A DNA stretch of 64,000 nucleotides from Massalongia carnosa (lineage: Eukaryota): NCBI GenBank assembly GCA_965645245.1, contig OZ287072.1, positions 186,001-250,000 of the forward strand, written 5' to 3'. Position 1 is the first letter of the stretch. Each line of letters starts with the position of its first letter. A program made the translations under genes and the position numbers. The notes under the pieces are model-generated. The model saw only the letters and a program-made list of their open reading frames with translations. It was not told the DNA's origin and did not search any database. This document shows, one piece after another, positions 11,468-21,552 of this stretch.

Positions 11468-13122
11468 TAAGTAAGATTGTCGGCAAATGGGGGATGACCT
11501 ATCAAGAACTGTAGAGCACCGATAACATTTCTGTATTTAATAGAATACTGGACAGGTTTCTGATCAACATATATCGGGTTCACCTGAAAAACATCGGTTC
11601 TCCATTCATCGTTCAATATACCATGAGGTATTTTATGTAGTAGAGTAATCCACTCGTCAGCATTCTTAAAACTTGAGTGGGAATGCAATGGCCTTAGACG
11701 ATGATCCTTGAAGTACTTATCTATCTCCCCTTTGGTGTTTTCGGCCTCCAGAAACCACATAGCCAGAGCATAGTCCGTCTCGTTTGCAAAGGGTTGATAG
11801 AGTACATGTGAAATGTCATTATAACCTTCAGTTGTCTTATAAGCAGTTGTCTCCACTGGTTCACCTGCAGTCCTCTTGTTTAATTCTTGATAAGTTTCTA
11901 TTCGTATCGACGAAGACGTGGAAAGTATACCGAAGCCATACGGGAAAGGCTTAACGAAATTATCATTGAATCCAACGATTAGGGACGTATCCTGAAACTC
12001 ATGTTCGCCAGCGTCAGCACTACTCTCAACATTTTTATCATGCATATTTCTTGAATCGGCAAGGATATGCTCGCCCTCGCAAACGATAGAAGAAAATGGG
12101 AGACTTAGGGGCAAAGTCTCCTTGATAACTATATTTTCCTCGCGTAGCCTGATCCGTCGTTTAGTACCGAAACGCACAGAGCAATGTTTGATATGCTGCT
12201 CGAGTCCTCTGGAAGATTTTGTCCTTTGCCGCAATAGCCGCAATCTCGATCCATATTGAAAGCTTGAGGAGTTTTCACTTTCCGCGACCCGTCAGAAATC
12301 AGATAAAACGTAAACAGATCCCCTGCATTAGCAAAACATGCTTGCTAACTGAATCACGTTAAATCCCGTTAAACTGTTAGCTACTCTGCAAGCCACCTTC
12401 GAAACCTTAAATAATCAACTATCTAGGGTCGGTTACTCTGTAGTTAGCTTAACTGTAAGAATGCGGCTCTGTGATAACTCTGGTCGGCTCTGCGATATAT
12501 TAAATGGTATTTAACGAAGAGTAATAATCTGTGAAATTCCCAGAAGAATATGTTCAGGAGCTAGTATAGGAATTTAATAATCTCAAACCAATAATCACTG
12601 CTGTAAAGTGATAATTCTATCAATATTGCCCTTCCTATATCTTAAGCTCAGGGTTATTTTAAAGAATATACATGTTTTTGTAAGAACAAGCAATAAAATA
12701 AGATCTAACAATTTGTGAACAGCTAATAGAAACTACTTGGAGGGATGCATGTATTTTTTGGAAACGTTCCAGTTCACAAAAAAATGCCAGTGATCGAATT
12801 GCAGTTCCTGGCATGAAACGTCAGTTATTGCTCGTTCAAGGATTTGCTGTATACTGGATGCTGGCAACGGAGAATTCTGACACAGGAAGAAGTTTTTTGG
12901 CAGATGAAATAGGCCTGGGGAAGGTAATACTTTCTACGTGGAATATTTATTATGTACGTCAGGATAACATATTACTTACAGACAACGATTTTATCGTTTT
13001 TAATCGCCATGTCAAGATGGATTGGTATTGCTCACAGCGAGGTTACAGCAGCGCGAGAAAAGAGTGATTATTCTCGTCATATCCGTGCAGGAACCAAGGA
13101 GAGTCCTCAGACCGAGATGTCC

Positions 13123-14953
13123 CGAGGTGCTTAGGGACAGTCCCACTAGTAATGCAACTGCCAACAGCACATTAAACTCTTTTCGGTTTAAATCGTATGA
13201 CGTGTTATTGCTACTAATAATTACCCTACTCGGTCTGATAAAGCATACCCTCACCCCCACACTCACCCTCACCCTCACCCTCACCCTCACTTACCATTTG
13301 CCCTTGCCTATAAGACAATCGGTGTAGAAAATATGTGATGAGGTGCGGAAAAAACAATTAGATCAGGAGATTTTGTGCAATCAACAGCGAATACGCAATC
13401 CTAGATTGATCGATAGAAATGCTTTTACGTTACTCATTGGGAAAATTACAAATCATGCCATTAGCCTCGTTTCAAGAGAACTCGATGCCGCCAAATAATT
13501 AGCTGAACGAATCCTTTCTATTGTCCCTGTTGGTGGAAGCTGTGTTTATGATTGTGAGTTGCCTTTAAGGTACGGTCTCCCATGCAAATGCTGGTTGTAT
13601 AAATGCATCATCGACTCGGTCCCTATTCCCGTTTCCCTCATCCACCCCCGCTGGTTTTTTGATGGCCCACCTTATGCGGTCTCTTGGCAAATGACCTTCG
13701 ATTTCGCTCGTGGCTCGGAGCCCGAGGTCGAAAAGATCGTCGATGAGGTCGAAGGGACGGGAGAGATTGAGGCGGATAAGGATGAGGTCGAGCTCGAAGA
13801 AGGCGTGTTGAGTGAGGATAGATTTCGCCGCGGGGGCCTTTATTTGCTACAATCTGTGGCATATCAATCTATTGACCTGCATCAATCAATAGAAGATTTT
13901 CATCGAAGGGAGGAGTACGCTCGCGAGCATGCTCATATCGTTGAAAGTTCAATAAGAAATGGTAAAAGAAGGAGCTGGTAAGACCTCTCATCCCCACCAC
14001 ATTCCCCGACGAAATTCGGCCCAAAGAAAACCTCATGTATAAGAAAGGAGGGAGTCGTCGACGTGCCTGCACTGGTCGCGAGGCAGCTGAGGCTAGAGAA
14101 ACTGAACAGCGACGTACTAGGCGAAGGGACTCTATTGAACAAGGGAGGAGGCTTAGATATAATAGATTGCGTGCTGGGGGCGACGATGAGGTTGAAGGTG
14201 AAACAGAAGGTAAAATTCACGATGGTGCAAAGTTATTGCGCTCGGGTCGGCTAATATTGGGTACAATAGTTTCAGGAGAAAACTTAGTTATGGCGAGAAT
14301 CGAAAACGCGTCTATCGTCTCCGACGACGATGACGAGGTGCAGTATATAAGCACTCAGCCCATTCTCGGTCGTTCTATGGATCCTATGCTTCCTTCGGAT
14401 GACGAAAATGATATTATTCTTACATCAGAAGCCTCGTCGGATTCGCTCGAAGATATTGACGATATGCTTGCCAAGCATAGTCAAAAAGCCCTACCTCAGG
14501 CAGCGCTGGCTCCATCTCTTTATAGTCTTAGCCAAAACGTACGCGCCAGTCAAATTCTCCCTACTTCCTCTGCAACAACGCGAAGGTCTCGGGGTGTGGC
14601 GAAGAAATCAAAGGCTCAGTTGGAGTTGGAATCTCAGCAAAGAGTCGAGAAATCAGTCAAACAGGCTAGGGCTCAAGCGAGAAAGGAAACGGCGATGAGA
14701 AAGGTGGCTAAAACCATGAAGCCTAGAAAAGATGATGTATCGCAATTGGCTGACGAGTTTTTGGAGTGGAAGTCATCGCAATAGGTAGATTTGTAGGTGT
14801 TGAGTACACTTAGTCAGTAACAGCAACATTATTAATACGTAGTCTAACTACTAGCTTGTACGCACCCTGGATGAGTAGTAAAATGGCTGTTTACTAGTAA
14901 AGATTTACAACAGGGGGGGGACGGTCGGGGGGGGACTGTCCCTAAGCATCTCG
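13123..14953 (+). mobile_element. Non-autonomous Mutator-like (MULE) deletion derivative, copy 1
   Basis: Termini CGAGGTGCTTAGGGACAGTCCC / GGGACTGTCCCTAAGCATCTCG; 10-bp TSD (C/T)GAGATGTCC; only the transposase C-terminus remains (SWIM-like GLPCKC, IHPRW); left TIR internally deleted. Confidence 0.88.
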
Positions 14954-16639
14954 TGAGATGTCCTACCGAGCCTTATCCTATGTGCTGTCCTTGCGTAGAT
15001 CGTTCACCATCTGCCAAACTCATTACCTTACCTGGTCCTTCATTAGTTTTCGCAGTAAAGAATCTATTACAGAATTGGAAGAATGAGTGGGAGAAGTCAG
15101 TGGACACTCAACGCTCCTCTTTGATGGATCTTCAGTTGTTTATAGCAGCACATCGAGATGAAAAGACTCTGCAACTACAATACCACCATCGACTCAGTCT
15201 ACATACGAACTCCGACGATCAGCCAATCTCCGGTTAGGAGCGATATGTGGTGCTAACTACTACGGGCTCTTACCAGGGTCAAGTACAAACACTACTCCGG
15301 AAGCTAATTCCACGTAAAGAACTGGCGTCCAATGGGGGCGCATCATTGTAGATGAGATCCATAAGCAAAAGAGTGTCTCCGCTACACTTCCCAGCCTATT
15401 GCATATCGTCGCGGGAAAGTACTTCAAACATCGACATCTCTCCTATGGATATGGCCGGCTATTTGCGAGCATTGGCTACCGAAAGCTGGGAAGCAGACTC
15501 AGTGCTACAGCATGGAACTAGAGCGGGATTAGAAAGCATTGGAAAAACCTTTCACGTATTGATAAAAAATCAAGCCGGTAACATAGAAGATAAAAAGAAG
15601 GTAACGGGAACTTTCAGAGCGCTGCTACAGCGGATTATGATTCGCCGGACTAGTCAGAGTCGTTGGTTTGACGACCAGCCATTGATAGATATTCCCCACA
15701 TAGACATCAAGAGGTGCCATGCCTCTTCAAGAAGAAATACGTCGCCGACATGAATGCGCTCATAGTCATAGCGGAGACAAAGCTCAAGGAAGATTGTGCA
15801 GCACGAAGTGCAGCATGGATCGATAGAGGTCGGATAGGAGAGGCACCAAAGCGTCCTTTTGTGCGTTTCTATGACCCTTATCGGTGCCGTTACCTTCGCT
15901 TGCGCTGGGGGGGCTTTTAATTGGATGAATTGATTTGAATGCTTGAATTTGATTGGGCATGGGAACGACACAGGTCAGCCCGGGCAGGCCTAGGCACGTG
16001 ACTCGGGGTCGGTGCTGAGGTGAGAACCTCATCTTCTAGGCCCGAGGCGTCTGCTGACGCTCAACGATCCGATAGATGATGCCCGACGGCAGTGCCCGAC
16101 GGCGATGATCTAGATGGAGGTGCCCGGCGGCGCTCCGGATCGATGCCCTGGTTGACCTGTACGCCCATCGCTCACTTAAGGTGGCTTCTAACTAGCTATG
16201 AATCTCGGGTGGCCGAGGGTGGGGAAAAGCAGCAAGCACTGACAGCGAGGTAGGGGCACCGAGACAACGTGGGGTCGACGACGAGTCAGTGAGATGGATG
16301 AGGCCGAGTGAGAAGAAGTGGATGAGGAAAGAATTTTCAGAGGGTGATTCTTAATTTACTTTGACTCAGGGGCCTCACGTGACATAGAACCATCTCATCT
16401 ATGACCCTTATCGGTGCCGTTACCTTCGCTTGCGCTGGGGGGGCTTTTAATTGGATGAATTGATTTGAATGCTTGAATTTGATTGGGCATGGGAACGACA
16501 CAGGTCAGCCCGGGCAGGCCTAGGCACGTGACTCGGGGTCGGTGCTGAGGTGAGAACCTCATCTTCTAGGCCCGAGGCGTCTGCTGACGCTCAACGATCC
16601 GATAGATGATGCCCGACGGCAGTGCCCGACGGCGATGAT

Positions 16640-17803
16640 CTAGATGGAGGTGCCCGGCGGCGCTCCGGATCGATGCCCTGGTTGACCTGTACGCCCAATG
16701 GAATGCCCAATTGAGTAGGGGTAGGAGTTTGTAGGATTCGTCTCGGCGACGACAGCACGTGGGACTGCTAGAGGGATGCCTTTTTGAAAACTGAGGTTCA
16801 AATTGAATAGTGAGGCCTGGGACGTCTGAAAGTATAGCTGAAACGCGTTTGATGACCATCTTCCGAGTCTCTGAATACTCTCATCCAGCATCCCGTGGTC
16901 GGCGGCGTGTTGTGCTGCTCCTTTTCTGAAGCTGTGTCCCGAGTATGCCGAGTCGTTGATGCCGACGGCTATCAGTCTCTTTTTCAGGGATGCTATGACG
17001 GAGGCTCTGGTGAATGCGGTGCCGAGACGAAAAAGCGGGGATGTAGATGGCTGAGGATCATTTCTGAAAAGACGCCGTAGTGCTGTCACGGGGCAAGTGC
17101 TCTCATTGGTCGCTGCCAGCACTATCTGAACTCCTGAGTGATTTGTGTCTGTTTTGCTTCTTTTGAGACGTAATGTCGCGTATTGATCGTTCTCGGCGAA
17201 TGAGATGTCACCTCGTGTAGGTTTCAATCTCTGAAAAGATGTCTTCTTACGATCAGCGACAGTGTAGGTGATTTCCCCGAGTCTGAGGAACCCTGCCCAT
17301 GCAACTTTGAATGTCGCGTCGATGTTGAGGTCTTCGGCCGAATGAGCGGGAATACTGGTGATTTTTGTCAGTAATTCTTTTGAAATGGGTAGGCGTCTTC
17401 TTTTTGTCTGAGAAAAGATCCTTTTTCCCCCTTTCAGCATCAATTGAAGTCTCGGCCCCTCGAATGGGGTGAGGCCGTATCCTCGGTCTACATGGTATGA
17501 TCTGAGGCCGGCGAGGTAGCTCGCTGCCGTCTCTGGTTTTATCTTTCCCTGCTTGGGTGTGCCGCCCCCGTATAGTCGACCGGCTAGCCATTCCTCGAGG
17601 GACTCGGTTGTTGCAGGCCACGACGTGCGTCCCGTCGTCGCGCAGAATGCCTCGTATGAGTCGATCGCCGTCCCGTACCCTTTTCTCGTGTCCGCCGAGT
17701 GTCCGTGCCAGACGAGACGTTTTACCAGGGCTGACCCTGGTGTGGAGGATAGGTAGGTGGAGGGAGGTTCATCGAATTGTATGGGTTCTGCCAATGAGGG
17801 CAA
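16640..17803 (-). CDS. Ngaro B tyrosine recombinase
   Basis: FLRLGE, KRSKTD, GHSFRKGAA, GRWSSNAFQLY. Confidence 0.92.
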   Translation of the reverse strand: MPSLAEPIQFDEPPSTYLSSTPGSALVKRLVWHGHSADTRKGYGTAIDSYEAFCATTGRTSWPATTESLEEWLAGRLYGGGTPKQGKIKPETAASYLAGLRSYHVDRGYGLTPFEGPRLQLMLKGGKRIFSQTKRRRLPISKELLTKITSIPAHSAEDLNIDATFKVAWAGFLRLGEITYTVADRKKTSFQRLKPTRGDISFAENDQYATLRLKRSKTDTNHSGVQIVLAATNESTCPVTALRRLFRNDPQPSTSPLFRLGTAFTRASVIASLKKRLIAVGINDSAYSGHSFRKGAAQHAADHGMLDESIQRLGRWSSNAFQLYFQTSQASLFNLNLSFQKGIPLAVPRAVVAETNPTNSYPYSIGHSIGRTGQPGHRSGAPPGTSI

Positions 17804-19425
17804 AAGTTAGCCAATCTTTCATCATCAAAACGTGACAGGGCATCTGCTAGTCCATTGGAAGTGCCACTGATCCATTGACAACGTAGTACGATGTCCCACT
17901 TTGCAGCTATGGACAGTATTTCTCGTAGAGGCGCGTTGGCCGGTCCCTTGAGGGTTAGATTCGTGAATCCTGTGTATGCTGTGTTGCTGTCGGTAAAGAC
18001 AAGGATCTGTCGATGTCGCCATGTCGGCGCCCATTTCTGAAGGATTAGAAGGATAGCTTCGACTTCTCGGACGTTTATGCTCGGTGATCCTTCCTGATTG
18101 AGGACTAGGACTCGGGCCCTACATGCGTTTTTTTGATTCACGAGCTCGTTGTCTTGTTGAAAATAGCCTCCGAGACCCGTGAGGCATGCATCCGTATGCA
18201 CCTTGATCGTGTCTCGTGTTGACGTCTCGAAGAAGACAATACCGTTGAAGTCCACTAGAAGTTTGTTCCACCAGATGAGATCCTGTCTGACCCATGTGGG
18301 AATTCTTCTTTTGACCCGACGATGACTGCCCGAGGGAAATGAGGCTATAAAATTCCAGAATAATCGTAAGAAGACTCGGCCCAATTTGACTGCCTGTGCG
18401 CAGAAGCTTAGGAAGCCCGCTATTGACTGCATGTCGCCGAGGCTGATTGTCGTCTCGTTTAGTGCCTTTGTAGTGATGATTCTCGCTTTTTCCAGCTTGT
18501 CCGCTGGCAGACGAATAAGACTGTTGATGGTGTCGACCTCGAGTCCGAAGACTGTCGCTGTCGTTCCCTCGGCGTCTTTTGAGTCGTTTCTCGGGATGCC
18601 GAGAATGTCGGTGAGAATGTTGTAGGCTTTTGTTTCTTGGTGCAATCGTTCTGACGATGTCTCGGATGGGAAAATTGCAACGAAGTCGTCTAGATAGTGA
18701 TGTAATCTCCATTGTAGAAAGGATTCCAAAATCCAATGAAAGCCTTCCGCAAAAAGATTGAAGATGAACGGGGCCGTCGACAGTCCGAACGAAAGGCATG
18801 TCTCGGTGTAGAATTCGTCATTCCATCCGAAACCCAGAAGCCATTGATGATGAGGTGCGACGGGAACGTTTCGAAAGGCGTCTTTGACGTCTCTTTTCAC
18901 TATGACAGCACCTTTGCCCGCTGACAGAATCAATTGAATAATGTCGTCGAGTCTGGCGTATTGTAATTTGGATGCCTCTTCTGGAATGTTGTCGTTGACT
19001 GATGTTTGATTGGGATGAGACAGATGATGAATGCGTCGCCATCCTCCGTCATGTTTCGGGACCAAGCCGAGGGGGGAGGCCACAAATGGCTGACTCGGGG
19101 CGGCTATTCGTCTGACTCGGCCCTTCCTGAGGTCCTCTTGGAGCTTATTCTCGATCGTTTCCGGGTCCTCATTCGCTGATGTCAGATTTTTTTCGATCCG
19201 AAGGATGTCTGTGGGGCCTTCGTATCCGATTTGTACTCCGAAACGAAGGATCATGGGCAGATGGACTCGGAGGGGGCCCGGATACTCTTGAAGTAGAGTT
19301 GCCCATGCGGACGGTACGAGGGGAGATGGGCTGTCTTTCAAACGCTGACGAGATGCGTCTACGAGTTGAAACGAAGGGATTGTATTTGGTCTGATTGGTG
19401 CAGGTAAGCAGGGATGGGACGTCAT
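17722..19425 (-). CDS. Ngaro B reverse transcriptase/RNase H
   Basis: SPLGLVPK, DVKDAFR, LSFGLSTAP, HYLDDF, HTDAC, INVRE, TDS, ADALSR. Confidence 0.93.
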   Translation of the reverse strand: MTSHPCLPAPIRPNTIPSFQLVDASRQRLKDSPSPLVPSAWATLLQEYPGPLRVHLPMILRFGVQIGYEGPTDILRIEKNLTSANEDPETIENKLQEDLRKGRVRRIAAPSQPFVASPLGLVPKHDGGWRRIHHLSHPNQTSVNDNIPEEASKLQYARLDDIIQLILSAGKGAVIVKRDVKDAFRNVPVAPHHQWLLGFGWNDEFYTETCLSFGLSTAPFIFNLFAEGFHWILESFLQWRLHHYLDDFVAIFPSETSSERLHQETKAYNILTDILGIPRNDSKDAEGTTATVFGLEVDTINSLIRLPADKLEKARIITTKALNETTISLGDMQSIAGFLSFCAQAVKLGRVFLRLFWNFIASFPSGSHRRVKRRIPTWVRQDLIWWNKLLVDFNGIVFFETSTRDTIKVHTDACLTGLGGYFQQDNELVNQKNACRARVLVLNQEGSPSINVREVEAILLILQKWAPTWRHRQILVFTDSNTAYTGFTNLTLKGPANAPLREILSIAAKWDIVLRCQWISGTSNGLADALSRFDDERLANFCPHWQNPYNSMNLPPPTYPPHQGQPW

Positions 19426-19470
19426 GAATTCAGCTATTGAAGCTATTCTACTGCCTCCTGCACCAACCCC

Positions 19471-20484
19471 CTATTTCTTCGTTGGGCATGTCTTCTGGCC
19501 ATGCCCAGCCGCGCCGCACGATTTACATTTGTGCTGTCGGTAGCACGACGGCCAGGTGCAGGTGCCGCTGTTGTACTTGTCGCAGATTTCCCCCGCTGCC
19601 TTCTCGGCCCTATCGGCCCTGTCTCCTCTCGGGGTCGGTCGCCGGGACGGCGGGGATCGTGAGCGGCGACGGCGTAGGACTGTGAGGGGGGTGCAGAATC
19701 GAGCTTGGAATTCGTCGGGCATTTTCCATTGGGATGCGTCGGATGGCTGAGACGCGATGATGTGAGTGTGGGTTTCGATGGCGAGGGGGAGGACTGCTTC
19801 CTGCCACTCGTACACCTTGGCCAGCGTGAGGATTTTTCCGTGGAATGCCGACATGGTGGCGTGAAGCTGTTGACTCGATTTCCCGAAAAGACTGACCATG
19901 ATCGAGGTGTAGTTGATGAAGCTCTCGGTCCAGACGTCATGAACTGTCTTTCCGAAATCTTTGTAGGTCCCGGATGCCTTTCTCAACCTCAAGGCGCCGT
20001 CTTCGATGCCGATGCGGTCCTGATCCTTGTAGGACTCGTATTGCATGCCGTGCATGTGTCGGAGGCGGGAGAGGTTGATGGCTTTGAATTTATTTGAAAA
20101 GATCTTGATGATCTCGTCCTGTGGTAGGCCCGCGAAACGGGGTGCTATACTTCTTACTTCGAGAGGGATCTCACCTAGGTCCTCGTCGTCATCGCCGACG
20201 ACACGACTCGGCTTGCCAGCAGGAATGACGGCCGCTATTCGGGCGTCAGATTCTCGGCGCATGCAGTCGATTTCTAGCTGCATTTTTTCCACCTCCTTCT
20301 CGGCGACCAATGCCTTGGACTCGGCAATTCTGGCCTCAGCCTCGGCCGCCTTCGCTTCTGCCTCGGCTTTCTTCTTTTGTAGGGCGAAGATTTGATTGGA
20401 CTGGGCCTGCGTCAATCCGACAATCTCCTGGGAGTCGGGGACTATGTCGTCCATCGGGGTGCTTTGGGAACGGGTGTTCGTCAT
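19471..20484 (-). CDS. Ngaro B Gag-like protein
   Basis: ATG at 20484; coiled-coil-like N-terminus; C-terminal CDKYNSGTCTWPSCYRQHKCKSCGAAGHGQKTC. Confidence 0.85.
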   Translation of the reverse strand: MTNTRSQSTPMDDIVPDSQEIVGLTQAQSNQIFALQKKKAEAEAKAAEAEARIAESKALVAEKEVEKMQLEIDCMRRESDARIAAVIPAGKPSRVVGDDDEDLGEIPLEVRSIAPRFAGLPQDEIIKIFSNKFKAINLSRLRHMHGMQYESYKDQDRIGIEDGALRLRKASGTYKDFGKTVHDVWTESFINYTSIMVSLFGKSSQQLHATMSAFHGKILTLAKVYEWQEAVLPLAIETHTHIIASQPSDASQWKMPDEFQARFCTPLTVLRRRRSRSPPSRRPTPRGDRADRAEKAAGEICDKYNSGTCTWPSCYRQHKCKSCGAAGHGQKTCPTKK

Positions 20485-21270
20485 TGGGAAAAAGCACCGA
20501 CAGCGAGGTAGGGGCACCGAGGACAACGTGAGGTCGACGACGAGTCAGTGAGATGGGAAAAGCAGCAAGCACTGACAGCGAGGTAGGGGCACCGAGACAA
20601 CGTGGGGTCGACGACGAGTCAGTGAGATGGATGAGGCCGAGTGAGAAGAAGTGGATGAGGAAAGAATTTTCAGAGGGTGATTCTTAATTTACTTTGACTC
20701 AGGGGCCTCACGTGACATAGAACCATCTCATTTCTTGACGGCGTACAAGTTACGAGTCGCCACGACCTTTTCATTCTTGGCCAAGCTGTACAAGAATTAC
20801 AATTCTAAACCTATCGAAATAACAAAAAAAGAGTGACATATCAAGCCAGATCCAGAGTTTAATCCATATGTGCAGCATCTTGGGGAGACCATAGAATCGA
20901 GCTTTGACTAGAATGAGCTGATGTATTCGTTAGGTCAGGAGCATAACGACACGAGAAAATCTATTGACTATGTTATCTTCCCTAGCCGGATGTCATGTTG
21001 CATTTGTGGTGCGTCACATCCTATACTACTCTCATTATCGATTCAATGAAATAATTTAACCTACTGCATAGAACAGATACTAAAACATAGAATGAATACC
21101 GACGTTCAAAATAACAGTCGCAGCGCTCACGATACTGGAGGACTACGAACTATCTACATATGACTCGGGATCACGGGCATTGGAGACTTTATCGTTTGAG
21201 ACTTTTGAGGTTTGACATACTGAACCTTTTACAGAGATGATCTACGGTAAGCTAACACTAACTAATCCTA

Positions 21271-21345
21271 ATCTAACAGCTAACAGGATTTTCTTGATCT
21301 AACAGGGTTTTCATGATCTAACAGGGGCTGTTTTAATCTAACAGG
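21271..21345 (+). repeat. ATCTAACAG repeat array (inverse of 2650-2856 core)
   Basis: Four ATCTAACAG copies plus partial units. Confidence 0.75.
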
Positions 21346-21552
21346 AACCGTTAGCATATCATAACAAAGTCAACTATCCTAACACGCTAGATTTGATTGC
21401 AATGGCAAACTTGTTCCTTTTACTTTTCGCGTCGATCTCTTCTACTTTGCTCGTTTCCCAAACCCACAGGTATTGCATATTCCTTGTTGCTTCTTTTTTT
21501 TCACTATGTCAACATCAAAGGCAACCACTACTAACAACCCACAAAGAATCAC

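Larger units (their letters stand above)
2899..12243 (-). pseudogene. Plavaka transposase, split by Tc1 (10131-11467) and Ngaro A (4551-9489)
   Basis: Motifs FSEMATGDWWW, TDKTRLT..GD.SAWPVYLTIGNL, CADG..R.CYP..AGFTVDYEEQ, DILHQLLKG, LDHRF..VP.F, QWSGNE, FNFPKWH..HY...IKQFGSADG.DT..SE..H. The frame rejoins across both insertions (NLTY|APIRQ; KQER|QVIP). Frame breaks near 4100 and 3130; start codon not located. Confidence 0.9.
15869..20731 (-). mobile_element. Ngaro retrotransposon family B, copy 1, full structure, ORFs apparently intact
   Basis: A1 20555-20731 = A2 16222-16398 (177 bp); B1 16399-16697 = B2 15869-16167 (299 bp); TT flanks at 15867-15868 and 20732-20733. Confidence 0.95.
12720..20910 (+). 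pseudogene. SNF2-like ATPase/helicase remnant inside the Plavaka element, split by a MULE derivative and Ngaro B
   Basis: Motif I FLADEIGLGK/T across an intron (12924-12980), Ia-like SLVFAVKNLLQNWKNEW, motif II GRIIVDEIH (~15337-15363), RIMIRRT; continues RPFVRF|LTAYKLR across Ngaro B. Boundaries approximate; C-terminal helicase domain not seen. Confidence 0.7.

Noticed and set aside
13247..13290. Telomere-like repeat
   Set aside because: Unit is ACCCTC, not CCCTAA; a microsatellite inside the MULE, shorter in copy 2.
18119..18799. 226-aa alternative-frame ORF within Ngaro B RT (also 31511-32191)
   Set aside because: Low-complexity S/R-rich, no motifs; presence in both copies reflects their near identity.
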